Assembly (NCBI GenBank): GCA_026023565.1
Contig: JAPETS010000009.1
Coordinates: 620,001 to 684,000 of the forward strand
Direction: 5' to 3'
Source of the DNA: Cirrosporium novae-zelandiae
Lineage: Eukaryota
DNA length: 64,000 nt
The translations under genes and the position numbers were made by a program. Positions 26,140 to 38,600 of this stretch are shown piece after piece. Below the pieces are notes generated by a model. The model saw only the letters and a list, made by a program, of their open reading frames with translations, was not told the DNA's origin and ran no database searches. Position 1 is the stretch's first letter. Every line of letters starts with the position of its first letter.

Positions 26140-27819
26140 CTACGCCCATGCGCCCAATGTCCATGTAGACCGATCGCCAGCAATTGCCTTCGGTATTGCA
26201 TGGCCGTAGCTCTGCCGTTTCGGAAGCACACTGACTTCCATTTCTTTATTTGCTCCCAAGAGTCCTGCCTGTAAAAATTTATCTCGTTCAATCTCCACTA
26301 GCCCTCGGGCCTTGAGCCCTGCAATCATGCTTCCACCAGCCCATGCCCCTAGTGTTTCCACCCCTTGAACAATTCCATGAACTGGAGGCGAAAATCCAGC
26401 TTTTAGGGCATCTTTTCGAAGATTATCTTCAATTGGATCCTTCTCTTGTTCTTGTAGGCCGGCTGGCTGCACTAATTGTGGAGATGGTGGCTCATCCGTC
26501 GATTCTGTTACTTTTGTCGCAACTGGTTGAGGGGCTTGCTGCCTTAGACGATTCATAGTATTCATTTTACTTCTTCTCCGTTCTGCTGCTTCTCCATCGA
26601 CAGGATCCCAACCTCGCTGCTCAACAAGATGCTTCAATTCATCTAGGATGCGGTTCTTTATTCCAGGTATGTTAGACCCGCCACCAGTAATTATAACCCG
26701 AGACATGCATAATGCGCGGGCATCCAAGGGAAGGTCTAACAATGCTTTATAAGCAAGACTATGTAAAGGCCTCTCATTGTCATCTAGGTCACGGGGAGAC
26801 CTGTTACGGGCAAACAAAGCGGTTTCGGCGGCCTCGGCGAGTGTGGAGAATGGAACTTTCAGTGTAGAGGAGATGGGGTGATCAGGTATTTCTAGAACAA
26901 AATCTGAATCCTCAAGGGACTGCATCGAGGTCTCAGACATTGTCAACTCGTTTTTCGAAGATGCTCTAGCTTCTTCAAAGCTATTACACCAAGCAACTCT
27001 TTCCGTAAGATCTTCAATATCATCAAATCCAATTTCATCAATATAACTCTCTGGGTCCTCGTGATCAGTCTCTGCTGCTTCGCTGGATATCTCTCGTAAT
27101 TTTTCATTGAGTATTTTTCCCATCTCGAAAGTTAGATACTTCATTGCTCGAACACTTCGGGAATGACGAACTTCGCGATATTCGTAGACTCCTGTTATAA
27201 TCGTTTCAGCCCAGCCGATATCAATGACCAATGCTGAACGAACTCCAGCAGCCACAACCGACAGGACTGGCGTAGAAAGTAAATTAATAGTTGGGTACCG
27301 AAACTGCGTGAAGAGTGTATTCAGAAGAGTAGACAAAAGTGGGTGTGGCATGAGAGGGGGAATGATTAAATCAAGTCGTCTCGGCGATTTCTCTATGAGA
27401 AGGTATTTTGTATGGATTTCTCGGACTGCTCTTTCAATTTTGTCTTCTACTACTCCTAGGTCGACATCTCGCACATCCATTTTCCATAATTCATAATTCT
27501 TTCCCCAAGTCTCGAGTTTGCGAACTCTCCTCCTAGGTTTTGGTCGCGGGCACTGCCATTTGCGATAATCACCAACTCTTCGTTGCTCGTCCGGTGTGAA
27601 TGCAAAAGTGCATCTTGGTGCGCTCTCTCTCTCAAATCCTGCCCTAAAGTAACGAGAACCAAATTCGAATATCAGGCCATCGTCTTCGTTGCGAAAGCTT
27701 GCGCCAGGAGAAGAAAACGTGGAGGAAATGTTCCGATGTTGTGGAGTATGGGGAATATGTGCGAGACTGGGGCGACTTGCAGAAGCTTTGCGGACATGAA
27801 GACCCCCTTCAGCTGCCAT
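26140..27819 (-). CDS. ro-7: Actin-related dynactin pointed-end subunit (Arp11/Arp10; Neurospora RO7-like)
   Basis: Divergent actin fold: IFEFGSRYFRAGF, SALVIDIGWAET, VIITGGGSNIPG, GAWAGGS, and a C-terminal WTLGAWA. First ATG at 27819. Confidence 0.82.
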   Translation of the reverse strand: MAAEGGLHVRKASASRPSLAHIPHTPQHRNISSTFSSPGASFRNEDDGLIFEFGSRYFRAGFERESAPRCTFAFTPDEQRRVGDYRKWQCPRPKPRRRVRKLETWGKNYELWKMDVRDVDLGVVEDKIERAVREIHTKYLLIEKSPRRLDLIIPPLMPHPLLSTLLNTLFTQFRYPTINLLSTPVLSVVAAGVRSALVIDIGWAETIITGVYEYREVRHSRSVRAMKYLTFEMGKILNEKLREISSEAAETDHEDPESYIDEIGFDDIEDLTERVAWCNSFEEARASSKNELTMSETSMQSLEDSDFVLEIPDHPISSTLKVPFSTLAEAAETALFARNRSPRDLDDNERPLHSLAYKALLDLPLDARALCMSRVIITGGGSNIPGIKNRILDELKHLVEQRGWDPVDGEAAERRRSKMNTMNRLRQQAPQPVATKVTESTDEPPSPQLVQPAGLQEQEKDPIEDNLRKDALKAGFSPPVHGIVQGVETLGAWAGGSMIAGLKARGLVEIERDKFLQAGLLGANKEMEVSVLPKRQSYGHAIPKAIAGDRSTWTLGAWA

Positions 27820-28042
27820 GGTCCATAACCGGAGATTGATTATGCTTTTCTCAAGTATGGAATAATATGAAGCTAGAAGGAAGGGTGTTGGAAGTAGTTC
27901 TACGCTCAAGGTGAATTAATTACGGGAGACAGAGCGGCCAAAAGGGCAAACATCTATGACGACCTGAGCCAATCATCAATGTTTACCAACAACCCATTTA
28001 GGGATTCGATATTTTGTTACGAGTGATGGCATATTATTAGCT

Positions 28043-30803
28043 ATGGGAATTAAGCAGTAAGTATCGCACTTTTCAATAAACAGTTACTATAGAACCTAAG
28101 GCGTTTACTAGGCTTTACAAGCACATCGGAAAAGGCCAAAGAATTGCTCTCGCAAAACTTGCGGCTGAAAAGCTACAACAAACGGGAAGACCGCTCAGAG
28201 TTGCTATTGATATTTCTATCTGGCAATTCCAAATACAATCTGGCCAAGGTGGAAAAAACCCCGCCTTAAGAACCCTTTATTATCGACTCCTCCGTCTCCT
28301 AAAACTCGGCATACATCCTTTGTTCGTTTTCGATGGCAGAGATAAACCCACCTTTAAGAGAAACAAACGCGTTGGTCCAGGCGCAGTTTCCTTGCCCGAA
28401 TTTCTATCCAAGCAGCTGTTAAAGGCATTTGGCTTCCAATTTCATGTCGCGCCGGGAGAAGCAGAGGCAGAATGTGCCTTGATGCAACGAGAGGGGCTGG
28501 TTGATGCCGTGCTGAGTGAAGATGTTGATACTCTCATGTTCGGTTGCAGTATATCGCTAAGGAATTGGAGTGCAGAAAAGATCCGAGGGAACAGGGGTCC
28601 GACACATGTAGATATGTACGATGCAGCCAAAATCAAGGATACCTACGGAATTGATAGGCATGGGATGATCCTTATTGCTCTTATGAGTGGAGGTGATTAC
28701 ATTCCAGAGGGGATACCTGGTTGTGGTATTGTAACTGCCTGTGAGGCTGCAAAAGCAGGATTCGGGGAAGACTTGTGCAAAATCTCAAGAAGAGATGAGG
28801 CTGCAATGAAAGAGTGGAGAGAAAGTCTCGAGCATGAAATGAAGACCAATGAAGCTGGTTTTTTTAGTAAAAGGAAAAATCTTCAAATACCAGAAAAATT
28901 TCCCAACAAAAGAGTTCTTGGCTATTATACCCATCCAGCCATTTCCTCTCTAGACCGGCTGGAGATTCTCCGAGGCACGTTTAGATGGGAAGAGGAAATT
29001 GATATCACACATCTAAGAGAATTTGTTGCGGATGCCTTTGAATGGAGATACAAATCAGGAGCTAAGAAGTTTGTTCGAGGTCTCGCACCGGCATTACTAA
29101 CACAGAAACTTCTGAGAAAGAAGATTACAGAGGGTGAAATTCAGACGGAGACTTGTGCTATCAAATTCATTCACGACAGAAGGGCGGACTTTGAGACAGA
29201 TGGCGAACCTGAGTTGCGCGTGACATATGTACCGACAGAGATAGTAAACCTGGATCTTAATGCGGAAGAAGATGACCCTGAAATTACGGGACCGGGTGAC
29301 GGGTCAGATGATGAAGAGATTCCAGAAGAACCAAAGAGCCCTACCAAGCGGAAAACTGCCCCTTATGACCCGAACAAACCTGAAAAGATATATATTCTCG
29401 AGGCATATTTGAAACTTGGCATTCCCCAAACTGTTCAGGCATGGGAAGAATCAATGAAAGACCCAAAGAAATTTGCAACTCGAAAAGCTAGGGCAAAGAA
29501 AGTTGATGCAAAAATGAAAGAAGGGGCAATACATGCGTTCCTCAAGACGGCAGAAGCAAATACAGACACTACAATAGCTGTGCCACCTAAGGCCGCACGA
29601 AAGACCCGGTCGAGTACTCGTCGCATTCAGACAAAGGAATTAGAAAATCCAGACCGAGGTCTGGATACGTTTCTAAAAGTAACCAAACCTCATGCCGATG
29701 ATGCCGGGGCTGTTACCAAGTCCAAGGAACCGAGTCCTTGTTCATCGTCTCCAGAGAAAGCCTCACAACCTGTAGAAGAGAAGCTTCCCATTGACCTAAC
29801 TACGTCGAGCCCCCCTAGTACACCTCCTCGAACAAGACGTTCACGAAGACAGCTAGCTAAACCAATGCCATCGAAGGACACTTCAAAGAAGATCAAATCA
29901 CCATCAAAGCCCTCCCGAGTTCAACCCAGACGCGATGTACAAGCAGTCAACCCCTGGACACTATCTCAAAGACCTGCTGATACTTACAATCTAGTCAATC
30001 CTAAACAGAAAAGCGATCCCACGCTGGGCGACTATTCGGACACTTGCGGCGAGGTTTCTTCATCCCCTATAGCGATTCCTGAAAGGGTTGATACCAAAAA
30101 CGATACCCAAAAATCCACCGGTATACCTTCATCCCCTCTATTATCAGCTAAGAAACATCTACGACCATCATCTGAATCATCATTAGCCAGCGCATCTCTT
30201 TCACATAGCCCATCCGGCAACCCAAACACGAACCCAAAACCAAGTACCAGGACCAAAGGTCCCCGAAAATCATCAAAGCCCTCACCACCTCAACAATCAA
30301 AGGCCTTGGCCGCCTCGCCTTTAACTCCTCCTCCTCAACCTCTACCTCCACGCCAACGCCAACACCCTAACGCCACGCCAGAAATAATCACCCTAAGCTC
30401 CTCACCTCCAAGTAATGCATCAACCTCCTCCCTCCCATCCCCCTCAACATTCCTCCCACAAACGAGTTTCACATCCAACAACATCTCGCCAGCTCAACCC
30501 GATACGCACAATCCCGCATCCATCCCCTCATCATCACCACCACCATCACCAGAACCCATCCTCCCAGCTCCAATCCCTCTCGCGCAACCCCCCTCACCTT
30601 CGCCCTCCTCATTCCGTCCTAAACAGCCCCGTCGCCGTGCCGTAGAACTAAGAAGCAGTCTCGAAGGCTCATGGCGCCTAGCAGCTCCAGATGACGGAGA
30701 AGAAGGGGATTCCTCAAAGGAAAGGGAAAAGGAACGGAGGGGGAGACGATGGGTTGATGTGGAGACGATTGATTTGACGGGGAGTTCGCCTTTGGCTAGA
30801 TAG
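28043..30803 (+). CDS. GEN1: Rad2/XPG-family Holliday junction resolvase GEN1/Yen1; intron 28057-28111
   Basis: Spliced translation: MGIKQ|LYKHIG...RPLRVAIDISIWQFQ...NPALRTLYYRL...VFDG...APGEAEAECA...SEDVDTLMFG...SGGDYIPEGIPGCG. Acidic catalytic residues are intact; long disordered C-terminus. Confidence 0.92.
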
Positions 30804-32044
30804 ATGGTGGGAGTGAGTGGGAGTGGGAGTGAGTGGGAGTGGGTGAGGGGAGTGGGTGAGGGGGATGGATGGATGGTAGGTGTAGTTTTTACAACTTTAG
30901 TTTGGTTGATTATATTATCTTGTTTATAGACTATGCATACAAATACTATCAAAACTTGATACTGTGGTTTCTTGGTTTCTCAGTTAGTTACTCGACCGGC
31001 CAATCAGTCTAGTTTACTTATTTATCATATTCGTTTGATGCATTTATTATGAGATAAAGGGAGAAAAGAGAGAGAGGGGGGGGGTTATTCGTTCATTCCC
31101 ATTCCCGCATCTAATAAGGCGTACATATATAGCAAGCAAGCAAAAGAATCTGGCATTTAGAAAATAAAAATATTTATTTTGGTTTGATTAGAGTAATATC
31201 ATCCAACAAAAACCGACTCAAACAAACTCATTCAATTACGAACCAACCAACCAACCAAATCACTCGAACTATAAAAAAAGTTAAAACTCCGTGCAAAACC
31301 ATTTAGTATATCATCATTCTCATTTCATTGGAGTCCAAAATATAACTAAAGTTGTAGTGGTAGTGGTAGGGCAAGTAACCACCCACCCAACCATATTATT
31401 TCCATTATTGTTACATACGCATGACATTATATAGCAGTATAGCAGAGTAAGTAGTATAACTCCCCCCTTCCTCCAACCCATACCCTACTCCTCCCTTACC
31501 ACCCGCCCATCCCTTTCTTTCTTTCGTCATCATATCATACAATTAAAAATCTTTCTGAATATCATGACGAAGTGGAAGTGAAAAACAACCATCCAAAAGC
31601 CAAAAGCTATAAAAATAAAAAATCCGAATAAAATATCTGTTCTGTCTGTCTATATGAAAATTATCTGTTTCCTCCTCCTGTGACCAAAAAAAAAAGTGCA
31701 CAGGTTGGTTGGAAGGTAATTAATTGGATTAATTCATATGTGTGTGGCGAGTATCGTAATCATAAGGGTTGGTTGGTGCTGGGGAGAGAAGGTTTGACTA
31801 GCGTGGTCAAAGGAGCCTCACCTCACCCTCCCCCCTTTCGAGGTTTAGCGTAGGAATGCCCCCCAAAGGTGATGTGAATTGGACGGCTCGTAATGTAAAT
31901 TGTATGCATGCATTTGTATCTTTCATCCCTTTTTATCTTTCATTTCTGCACTTTCCAATTGATTGAACTCAGAAAGGACGGTGCTCATTGTCTTTCTTTC
32001 TTTTTATATATAATGCCATCGAATTCTATCCTCTTGACTTTGTT

Positions 32045-33244
32045 TCAACCAAAAACTTTCAAGAATCCCCACATCCCAATCCCACTCAACACCGGAATCG
32101 TTAGATTGTCGTCCAAACCCCAAAGGTCGATGGCCTCGCTGACTGCTCCCACGAAACCGGTCCACACGCTCATGATTCCTAATGCCAAACTACCACCAAT
32201 CGTCGCGCTTCCTTCTTCCCAACCTAGGAGGTTTGTCACAAACATGGGTAGAGAAAGCTTGTTCTGGAATAGGAGAGTGTTTACGCCGGTGTTGACGTCA
32301 GAAGCGGTGTTGGGTGCAATGTATCCCCAGAAGTAGAGGGCAGTAAGAGAGCCAACGGCAGCAGCAGCGAGAGAGCCCGCAAGAGACTTGCCGCGTCGTA
32401 TCCTGGGGGTGTGACGTCCCAAGATCCGGCCAATTGTGCTGGCTGCGGTGTCACACCAGCTGAGCAACAAAACAGCCATGACACCCACATCTTTAGGGAA
32501 AAGTGCTAATGCTGCCCATGCACCTACAAGATAAAATATCACACCATTGAAGCCGTTAACTTCGGATTCGCGCATCAATACCCCCATCACACGAATATAG
32601 AATTGGTTAAAGCTACGCGAATGATGTCGGACGACATCGACGGCGGCGATGGGGACGAGAAATGCGAGAAGAATAGGAGTTATTTGCGAAGGTTGAGTAG
32701 AGGTATTGTAGAGATGCATCGTTAGGAAGCCGATGCTGACATGGAGGCCTTTGCGAGGGAGTTCATGTTTATGGATGAGAGAGTTGAATGTTCGATGAAT
32801 AGGGATGAGGGAGAGGGGTGATGGTGAGCGCGGAGGATTCGGTGATGGTGGTGGTCGGAGGAAACCATTGGCATGTCCGTTGGCATGGCCATTCACATAA
32901 CCATTCACATGACCGTTCGCATAACCGTTCGCATGGCCGTTGACATGGCCATTAGAGAGGAGGGGGGTAGAGGGTTTGACAACACTTGAGCGGCGGTTTT
33001 TTTTGGGTTTTGAACGGCTTGGTGTGCGGGCTCGACGGGAGGATAGGTCGTCAGGTGTGTCTGTGTCTATGTCGGAGAGGGCGGGAGGAGGCGGCTGTGA
33101 GTTCATGCGCTGGCGAGCTGTTTGAGAGCGTGTTCGCGGCGCAACGTAAATAGTTGGTGGTTTGAGCTCGTTATCATTTAATGAGGGCGCTGGTGAAGGC
33201 GATATCACCCGCGGTATGCTGGGTATCTGGACGTAGGTTGCCAT
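32045..33244 (-). CDS. DGK1: CTP-dependent diacylglycerol kinase (cytidylyltransferase-like family)
   Basis: Motifs HKHELPRKGLHVSIGF, GVLMRESE, NGVIFYLVG, LLSWCDTAASTIGR, KSLAGS and LDDNLTIPV. Likely ATG is 33244, although the frame is open to 33796. Confidence 0.92.
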   Translation of the reverse strand: MATYVQIPSIPRVISPSPAPSLNDNELKPPTIYVAPRTRSQTARQRMNSQPPPPALSDIDTDTPDDLSSRRARTPSRSKPKKNRRSSVVKPSTPLLSNGHVNGHANGYANGHVNGYVNGHANGHANGFLRPPPSPNPPRSPSPLSLIPIHRTFNSLIHKHELPRKGLHVSIGFLTMHLYNTSTQPSQITPILLAFLVPIAAVDVVRHHSRSFNQFYIRVMGVLMRESEVNGFNGVIFYLVGAWAALALFPKDVGVMAVLLLSWCDTAASTIGRILGRHTPRIRRGKSLAGSLAAAAVGSLTALYFWGYIAPNTASDVNTGVNTLLFQNKLSLPMFVTNLLGWEEGSATIGGSLALGIMSVWTGFVGAVSEAIDLWGLDDNLTIPVLSGIGMWGFLKVFG

Positions 33245-33692
33245 TTTCTCGGAAGGTGGTGGTGGATAGTAGTGAAAAGGAGGAAATAGTGGGTGGTTTA
33301 CAGAGCCACAGATTGAGGGAACCAGCCAGCGAAGGTGATCTATAGTACAAAAAAGGGACGGAAGCGGAGAGGGAGAAGGGTCCGACACGGTGATGGCTGA
33401 GCGATAGTTGGTCTCTAGATCAGGAAGGACGGAGGTTTCGAGGGAAGACGTAGACTGCTGGTTGGAGAGAAGAATATCTAATGAAGAGGAGCATTCTCTA
33501 TCATTAGAAATAGGATGATGCAAATAACATGGTATAGAATTTAAACTGTAGTTGTTATTGTTATTGATATTTGAGGAGAATAGTAACAGTGTCATGTAAT
33601 AAGATAGTAGAATGGGTGGTAGTGGATACGGATAGTGGTGGCCTAGGATTTGGGGCTTGGGCTGAAGAGAGTGAAGTTTCCACTCCGAAAAA

Positions 33693-33738
33693 GCCAAGGA
33701 GCCAAGGAGCCAAGGAGCCAAGGAGCCAAGGAGCCAAG
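33693..33738. repeat. Tandem 8-bp repeat (GCCAAGGA) x6
   Basis: aaGCCAAGgaGCCAAGgaGCCAAGgaGCCAAGgaGCCAAGgaGCCAAGaa. Confidence 0.95.
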
Positions 33739-34740
33739 AAGCCTCTTGCGTTGATTTGATTTGGCTTCTGATTTCTGCTTTCTTCAAACTTGTCATTTCT
33801 AAGCTTTTCCAGAAACGGAGAATACCGTCGGAGCCTTAATTACCTAGGTTCTTGGAAATTGGTGCCTTGTCGGCATGTCGGATTATCTGTTTCAAAAATC
33901 TTCCCCTCGTATCCCGGTAATTCCATCATCCCGTCATCCGTCATCCATCATCCGTCATAGTGCATGAAATCTTTAATTGTACTTTAATTATTTAATTATG
34001 CGCATTCTGTCTCTGGTTTAGCTTGGGCATTATTATTTACTAGACCAAAAGGGTTTAACCCAAATATTCGGCCTCAATGTATCGGCCCTTTCTCGGTCTT
34101 TATTGCTTCCGATCCTTTGGTGGATAATAACTCATAACAACCCCTCCATGCCCTCCAAGCCCTCCAAAGATATCTCTGTTGATAATGACTGGAGAATATA
34201 CCCCAACATTTCTCTCCCCATTGACTCACTCGCTCCTGATCAAGTTGTCTAGACTTTGGTTTTAGTTCCCATGCTTAATCTATCAATCCCTACTGCGAAA
34301 GAAATTTCCCCTCATCCCAGCCATTCCAAGAAAGCACCATGTCCATGATAACCAGGCAAAATAGATTATTTTAGGCTTCATGAGGACAATGCCTGCTCCT
34401 ATAATGAAAGGAAAGAAAGGCAGCCAATTGAACCAAGGCAGCGAGGCTGGACGATGCATATTTTTCTAGGCCAATGATTCCGAATCCTCAAATTCAGTGG
34501 CTTACAGTCAGCCAAGTTTGACGCAACTACAGCGTGCAGACTGACAATGTGCGGCTCCCATCAATACCCCTCCTTAAATTTATCATCTGTGCCGCCTTGT
34601 TTTTATTCAAGTACTTTCCCGCAGGTTGAAGAACTTTCTTCAATCTTTTCCATTCATCGCTATTTTTCTCGGTTCTACTTACCGACCCTTTGTTTTCTAC
34701 AACTCGAGACATCATGCCCTCCTATCTTATCTCGTTCCCT

Positions 34741-36817
34741 ATGCAGGGCGGGTGCACAGGTCCCACACGGGTACATCAGCTCGGTCTTTTAGGCCAGATG
34801 CTCGCTACGGAACTCCTAAACCTTGCCAACCTTACCACCACAGGGTCTAATGCTATCGTGGATGTTGCAGCGGAACTGTCATTGGCCTCTAACATCATTC
34901 AGCAGCTCAATGGAAGAATATCAGCAGGAGAGAGGTCTAGTGCAATCGCTCATACTGATATCTCAGGAAATAAGGCGCCGAAAAAAGATGTCTACAGTCC
35001 TATGGGCTTCAAGATACCGACAGAGGATGTATACACTCCTCAAGGGCTCACAATAGCTGATGAGCACATTGACTTGTGCGTGAGAATTTTCAATGAGATG
35101 CTCATGAACTACAACAACGCCGAATCGCAATTACATATAAACGCCGGCGTCCCTGGAGAGAGGGTCTATTTATATGGGAAAGAGAGAAAAAGGTGGCCGT
35201 TTCAGCAACCTCGTATTGACGAGCTACGGAAAGATCTGGTAGTATCAAGGATTGTTTTGATGCTCCTCCTACGCCTCACCGAGCTGAACGAGAGAAACCA
35301 AGAACATAATTCGTATGTATTCTGTCGCATCTTACGGTATTCAGAAATTAACCCAAGTCGATTAACAGGAAACCTTCCAAGTCCTTTGAGGAACAAAGAC
35401 ACCAAAACGAGGGTAGACTTATGAAGCGCCAGATCTTTATGTTATGGCAAAAGTCCGACCTTGATTCTGAGATAAAAGAGCGTCTGCAAGAAGAAGAAGA
35501 TGATGATTCCTCTCAAGGGAGCGATGGTGAAAGTGTTAAATCGGACAAGGCCTCTGATGTTTCTACTGCTGTCGGGGAAGGGGTTGCTATTACAAAGTCT
35601 GATGTAGAGAGCCTTGCTGAGAGTGCCGCAGAGTAAGTCTTCCAACCACTTGATTCATATCTAAGATTCCTTAATGGGCGATCTGAATGCTTTAGAAATA
35701 TGAGAAAGCCTGGCTTAGCTTGGTCAAATCTACCTGAAGGCTTCTTTAGAATTCTGCAAAGAGATGCTGTTACAAGAGATATCAAGGAGGCCTTCAGGTT
35801 AACTGAATAATAGAAACCTATCTAGATGTACTAACTTTGAACGTATGTAACATACAATATGCTAACATCTTAACTGGCAGTGCATCCGAACGAGCAAATA
35901 AAGGTATCGAAGTCGTCGACCTAAATGTCAAGGACCCAGAGACGTATGACTCCATTTTCCATGTAGTATAGTTTCGAGGAAGCTAATAATGAGGTAGTAG
36001 CCCTGTAGTAAGATCCGAACCTCACGCCCTTGGAACTACCCCAAACAGTTCGCCAAGCTGCTTCTCCAAGATCATGAATCTGTTCCGTTGGCGTAAGAAT
36101 AAAAAATCTCCGGTTCAAACTACAATTCCTATATCATTGCAGCCCTTTACCTTATCTCCCGAAGAGAAACTTGAAATGCACACGGTAAAATTGATTTCTT
36201 GTCCATATCAATATGGTCCACCACCATTTGGAAGGAACTTTTGCCCTAGAGGTGGTGTCTTCAAAGGTCCCATCAATGTGATGGGCTACGAAGCCACGTG
36301 CGCTCCATTTTCATCATCTCAGATTCAAGGATGGTTGTCGTCGCGTGGCCTGAACGTCCAGGATACTGAATCCACCATGGTTCAATACAGAGGACTCAGC
36401 ACGGACGAGCAACATGCCATCAAAAGTCTGATATTAGATCGACACAAGAACCAGGCCATGGATCTCATCAGCATCAGCTGCGAGGGAAGCGGTCAAGAAA
36501 ACATGGAAACCTCTGAATCCGGTCGCACAATCACTATTGTGATTAAGCTAGGTCAATGGCAACCATGGACTGGTTCTCCCGTGCGCTGCTTGCCTCCTCC
36601 GCCTCCGCCTCCACCTCCCCCAATAATCAGATCCCGTAATGCGGCTCGAGCACGTAACTTCATTGTAGGCGGTTATGACGACAATGAAGATGGCTACTCA
36701 ATTAATTCGAGCGACTGTGGACTCGACATTGACGAAAACAAGTTGGAAGAAGTTGTCCAGGAGTTGATGGGAAAATACTTGAGGGTTAAAAGGGAAGAAC
36801 CGCCGACTCAACCGTAG
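34741..36817 (+). CDS. Hypothetical ~606 aa protein with an N-terminal HeLo-like (fungal STAND N-terminal) helical domain; exons 34741-35312, 35369-35632, 35696-35797, 35881-35943, 35998-36817
   Basis: Four GT-AG introns join ORFs 34690, 35421 and 36074 in frame (1821 nt total); the third donor GTTAAC is weak. The N-terminal pattern ...IVDVAAELSLASNIIQQL...LCVRIFNEM...RKRWPFQQPRIDELRKDL...LMLLL resembles Helo_like_N. Confidence 0.65.
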
Positions 36818-37249
36818 CTTGGGATTATACTTATGAGGAGCCTTGATGAGTAAGGAAAATTGTTACTGGACTATTGGACAAAGGAGTGATGAATTGATGC
36901 AAGTGCAAAAAAATAAAATGCTACAATCTATATGTCCATCTCTATATTGAAGTTTATCCTGATCCCCTTGACATGCAGACAATAAAAATGAATTATCATC
37001 ATCTTGATTCTCCTTACAATTATTTCTTGTTACCATCACCAGTTAGGAGTAAACAAAGATAAAAACAAGCTTTCAACACCATCTCTCCCTCACCCTTCCT
37101 TCCTCCCTTGGTCATTTCACAACTCAACCTCGTCCCCGATTCACACATAGCGCGAAAAAGAAAGAGACACAACCCCAGTCCCAGTCAGACGTGTGCTAGT
37201 TAACAGTAACTATAGCACTACCATTAACAACCACCTACTTACCCACTAG

Positions 37250-38600
37250 GAACGTAACATGCAAACCTTTATCCATCCATCCCTCCTTTCCCTCCCTTTC
37301 CATTCTTTCCCCCCTTCCATCCTCCCATAACCACCAGGACCAGCCAAACCAGCCAAAACCAGCTAACCAAATTCTCATAATCTCATAATCTCATAATCTC
37401 ATAAATCCTAGACTAGACTCAGTTCAATTCAAACCAAACCAATAGCGAGTTTCCGAGTTTCCAAAAAAAAGACAAGAGAAATATTCGGAATGAGGATGGT
37501 CGGTATCTATGTTTTTTTTTTGGAGTATAGGAGATATATGTGTATGTGTATATGAGAAAAAGGGAGAGAAAAGGAGAGATGACGTTGGCTTCTTGGATTT
37601 TTTTTTTTGGATTTTTGGGGGGGGATGTTGGACGCTAGAAGGAAGAACGGAGAATGGAGAATGGAGAATGGAGAATGGAGAATAATGACATGATAGGGCA
37701 ACTCAACTCAACTCATCAATATACAAATATATCACCGATATCACCTACTATCGATCGATCGATCCATTCATATATATATATATCATATACACATATACAC
37801 ATAAAAACCCAATAACTCCCTCCCCTAAAAAAAACCAAAAAACAAATACCATTATATAATCAAACCAAACCACTTCAAACCAATTACCTGTATTTTAGAT
37901 CTCATATACCCCCCGAAAAAAAAAAAAAAAAAATAGGAGGTGGAGGATATGATGATGACATGGGTTTTGGGAAAAGGATTTTTGGAAAAGGGAAAAGTGG
38001 AAAGGGTTGGTACTAGGTATTAGATATTAGATATTAGGTATGTTGGATATATATATTTTTCTTGGATTTTGAATCTTGGATCTTGGATCGTAGATTATGG
38101 TACATTGTGGGTAACACATATACATACATACACCTACCCTCCCCCCCCTCTTACCACTCTACTATCCCCCCCGATGCTCTCCCTAGTATATTAGACCCTT
38201 AATATCCCTATATATATCCCTACCCATTCCCTAAAAACCAAACCAAACTAATAACCTACATCTACCCTTACTTTTCCACCCTTCCCTACCCTCCCCCCCC
38301 TTTCTACCTACCAACGAACTATAATAGCATAATAGCATTCATTCATATATGTATATCACCTTTCTACTCCTAATTCTACTTCCTGGTCTTGCTTCCTGGT
38401 CCTAGTTCTGCTTTTATTTACCTTCGAGGGGTCCGAGAATTTTAATTGATCAGGAGGAAGAGAGAAGGGACAAGAGAAGGGAGAAGGGAGAATTGGGGAT
38501 AGTGGGATAATGGGATAGTGGGATAGTGGGATAGGGGAATAGATGGGGTTTGTGATGGAGTGAGTGGCAATGTGGTGGGGGGTTGTTTTATTTTGTGTTG
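37250..38600. repeat. Microsatellite-rich low-complexity intergenic tract
   Basis: (TCTCATAA)n at about 37373-37403, (GAATGGA)n at about 37651-37683, (TA)n, an A-run at 37916-37932 and (GGGATAGT)n at about 38497-38533; no credible ORF. Confidence 0.8.

Noticed and set aside
35798..35880. Possible nested (twin) intron: internal TACTAAC and GTATGT
   Set aside because: The inner intron would be only 38 nt and its removal leaves no valid outer acceptor; a single intron explains the frame.
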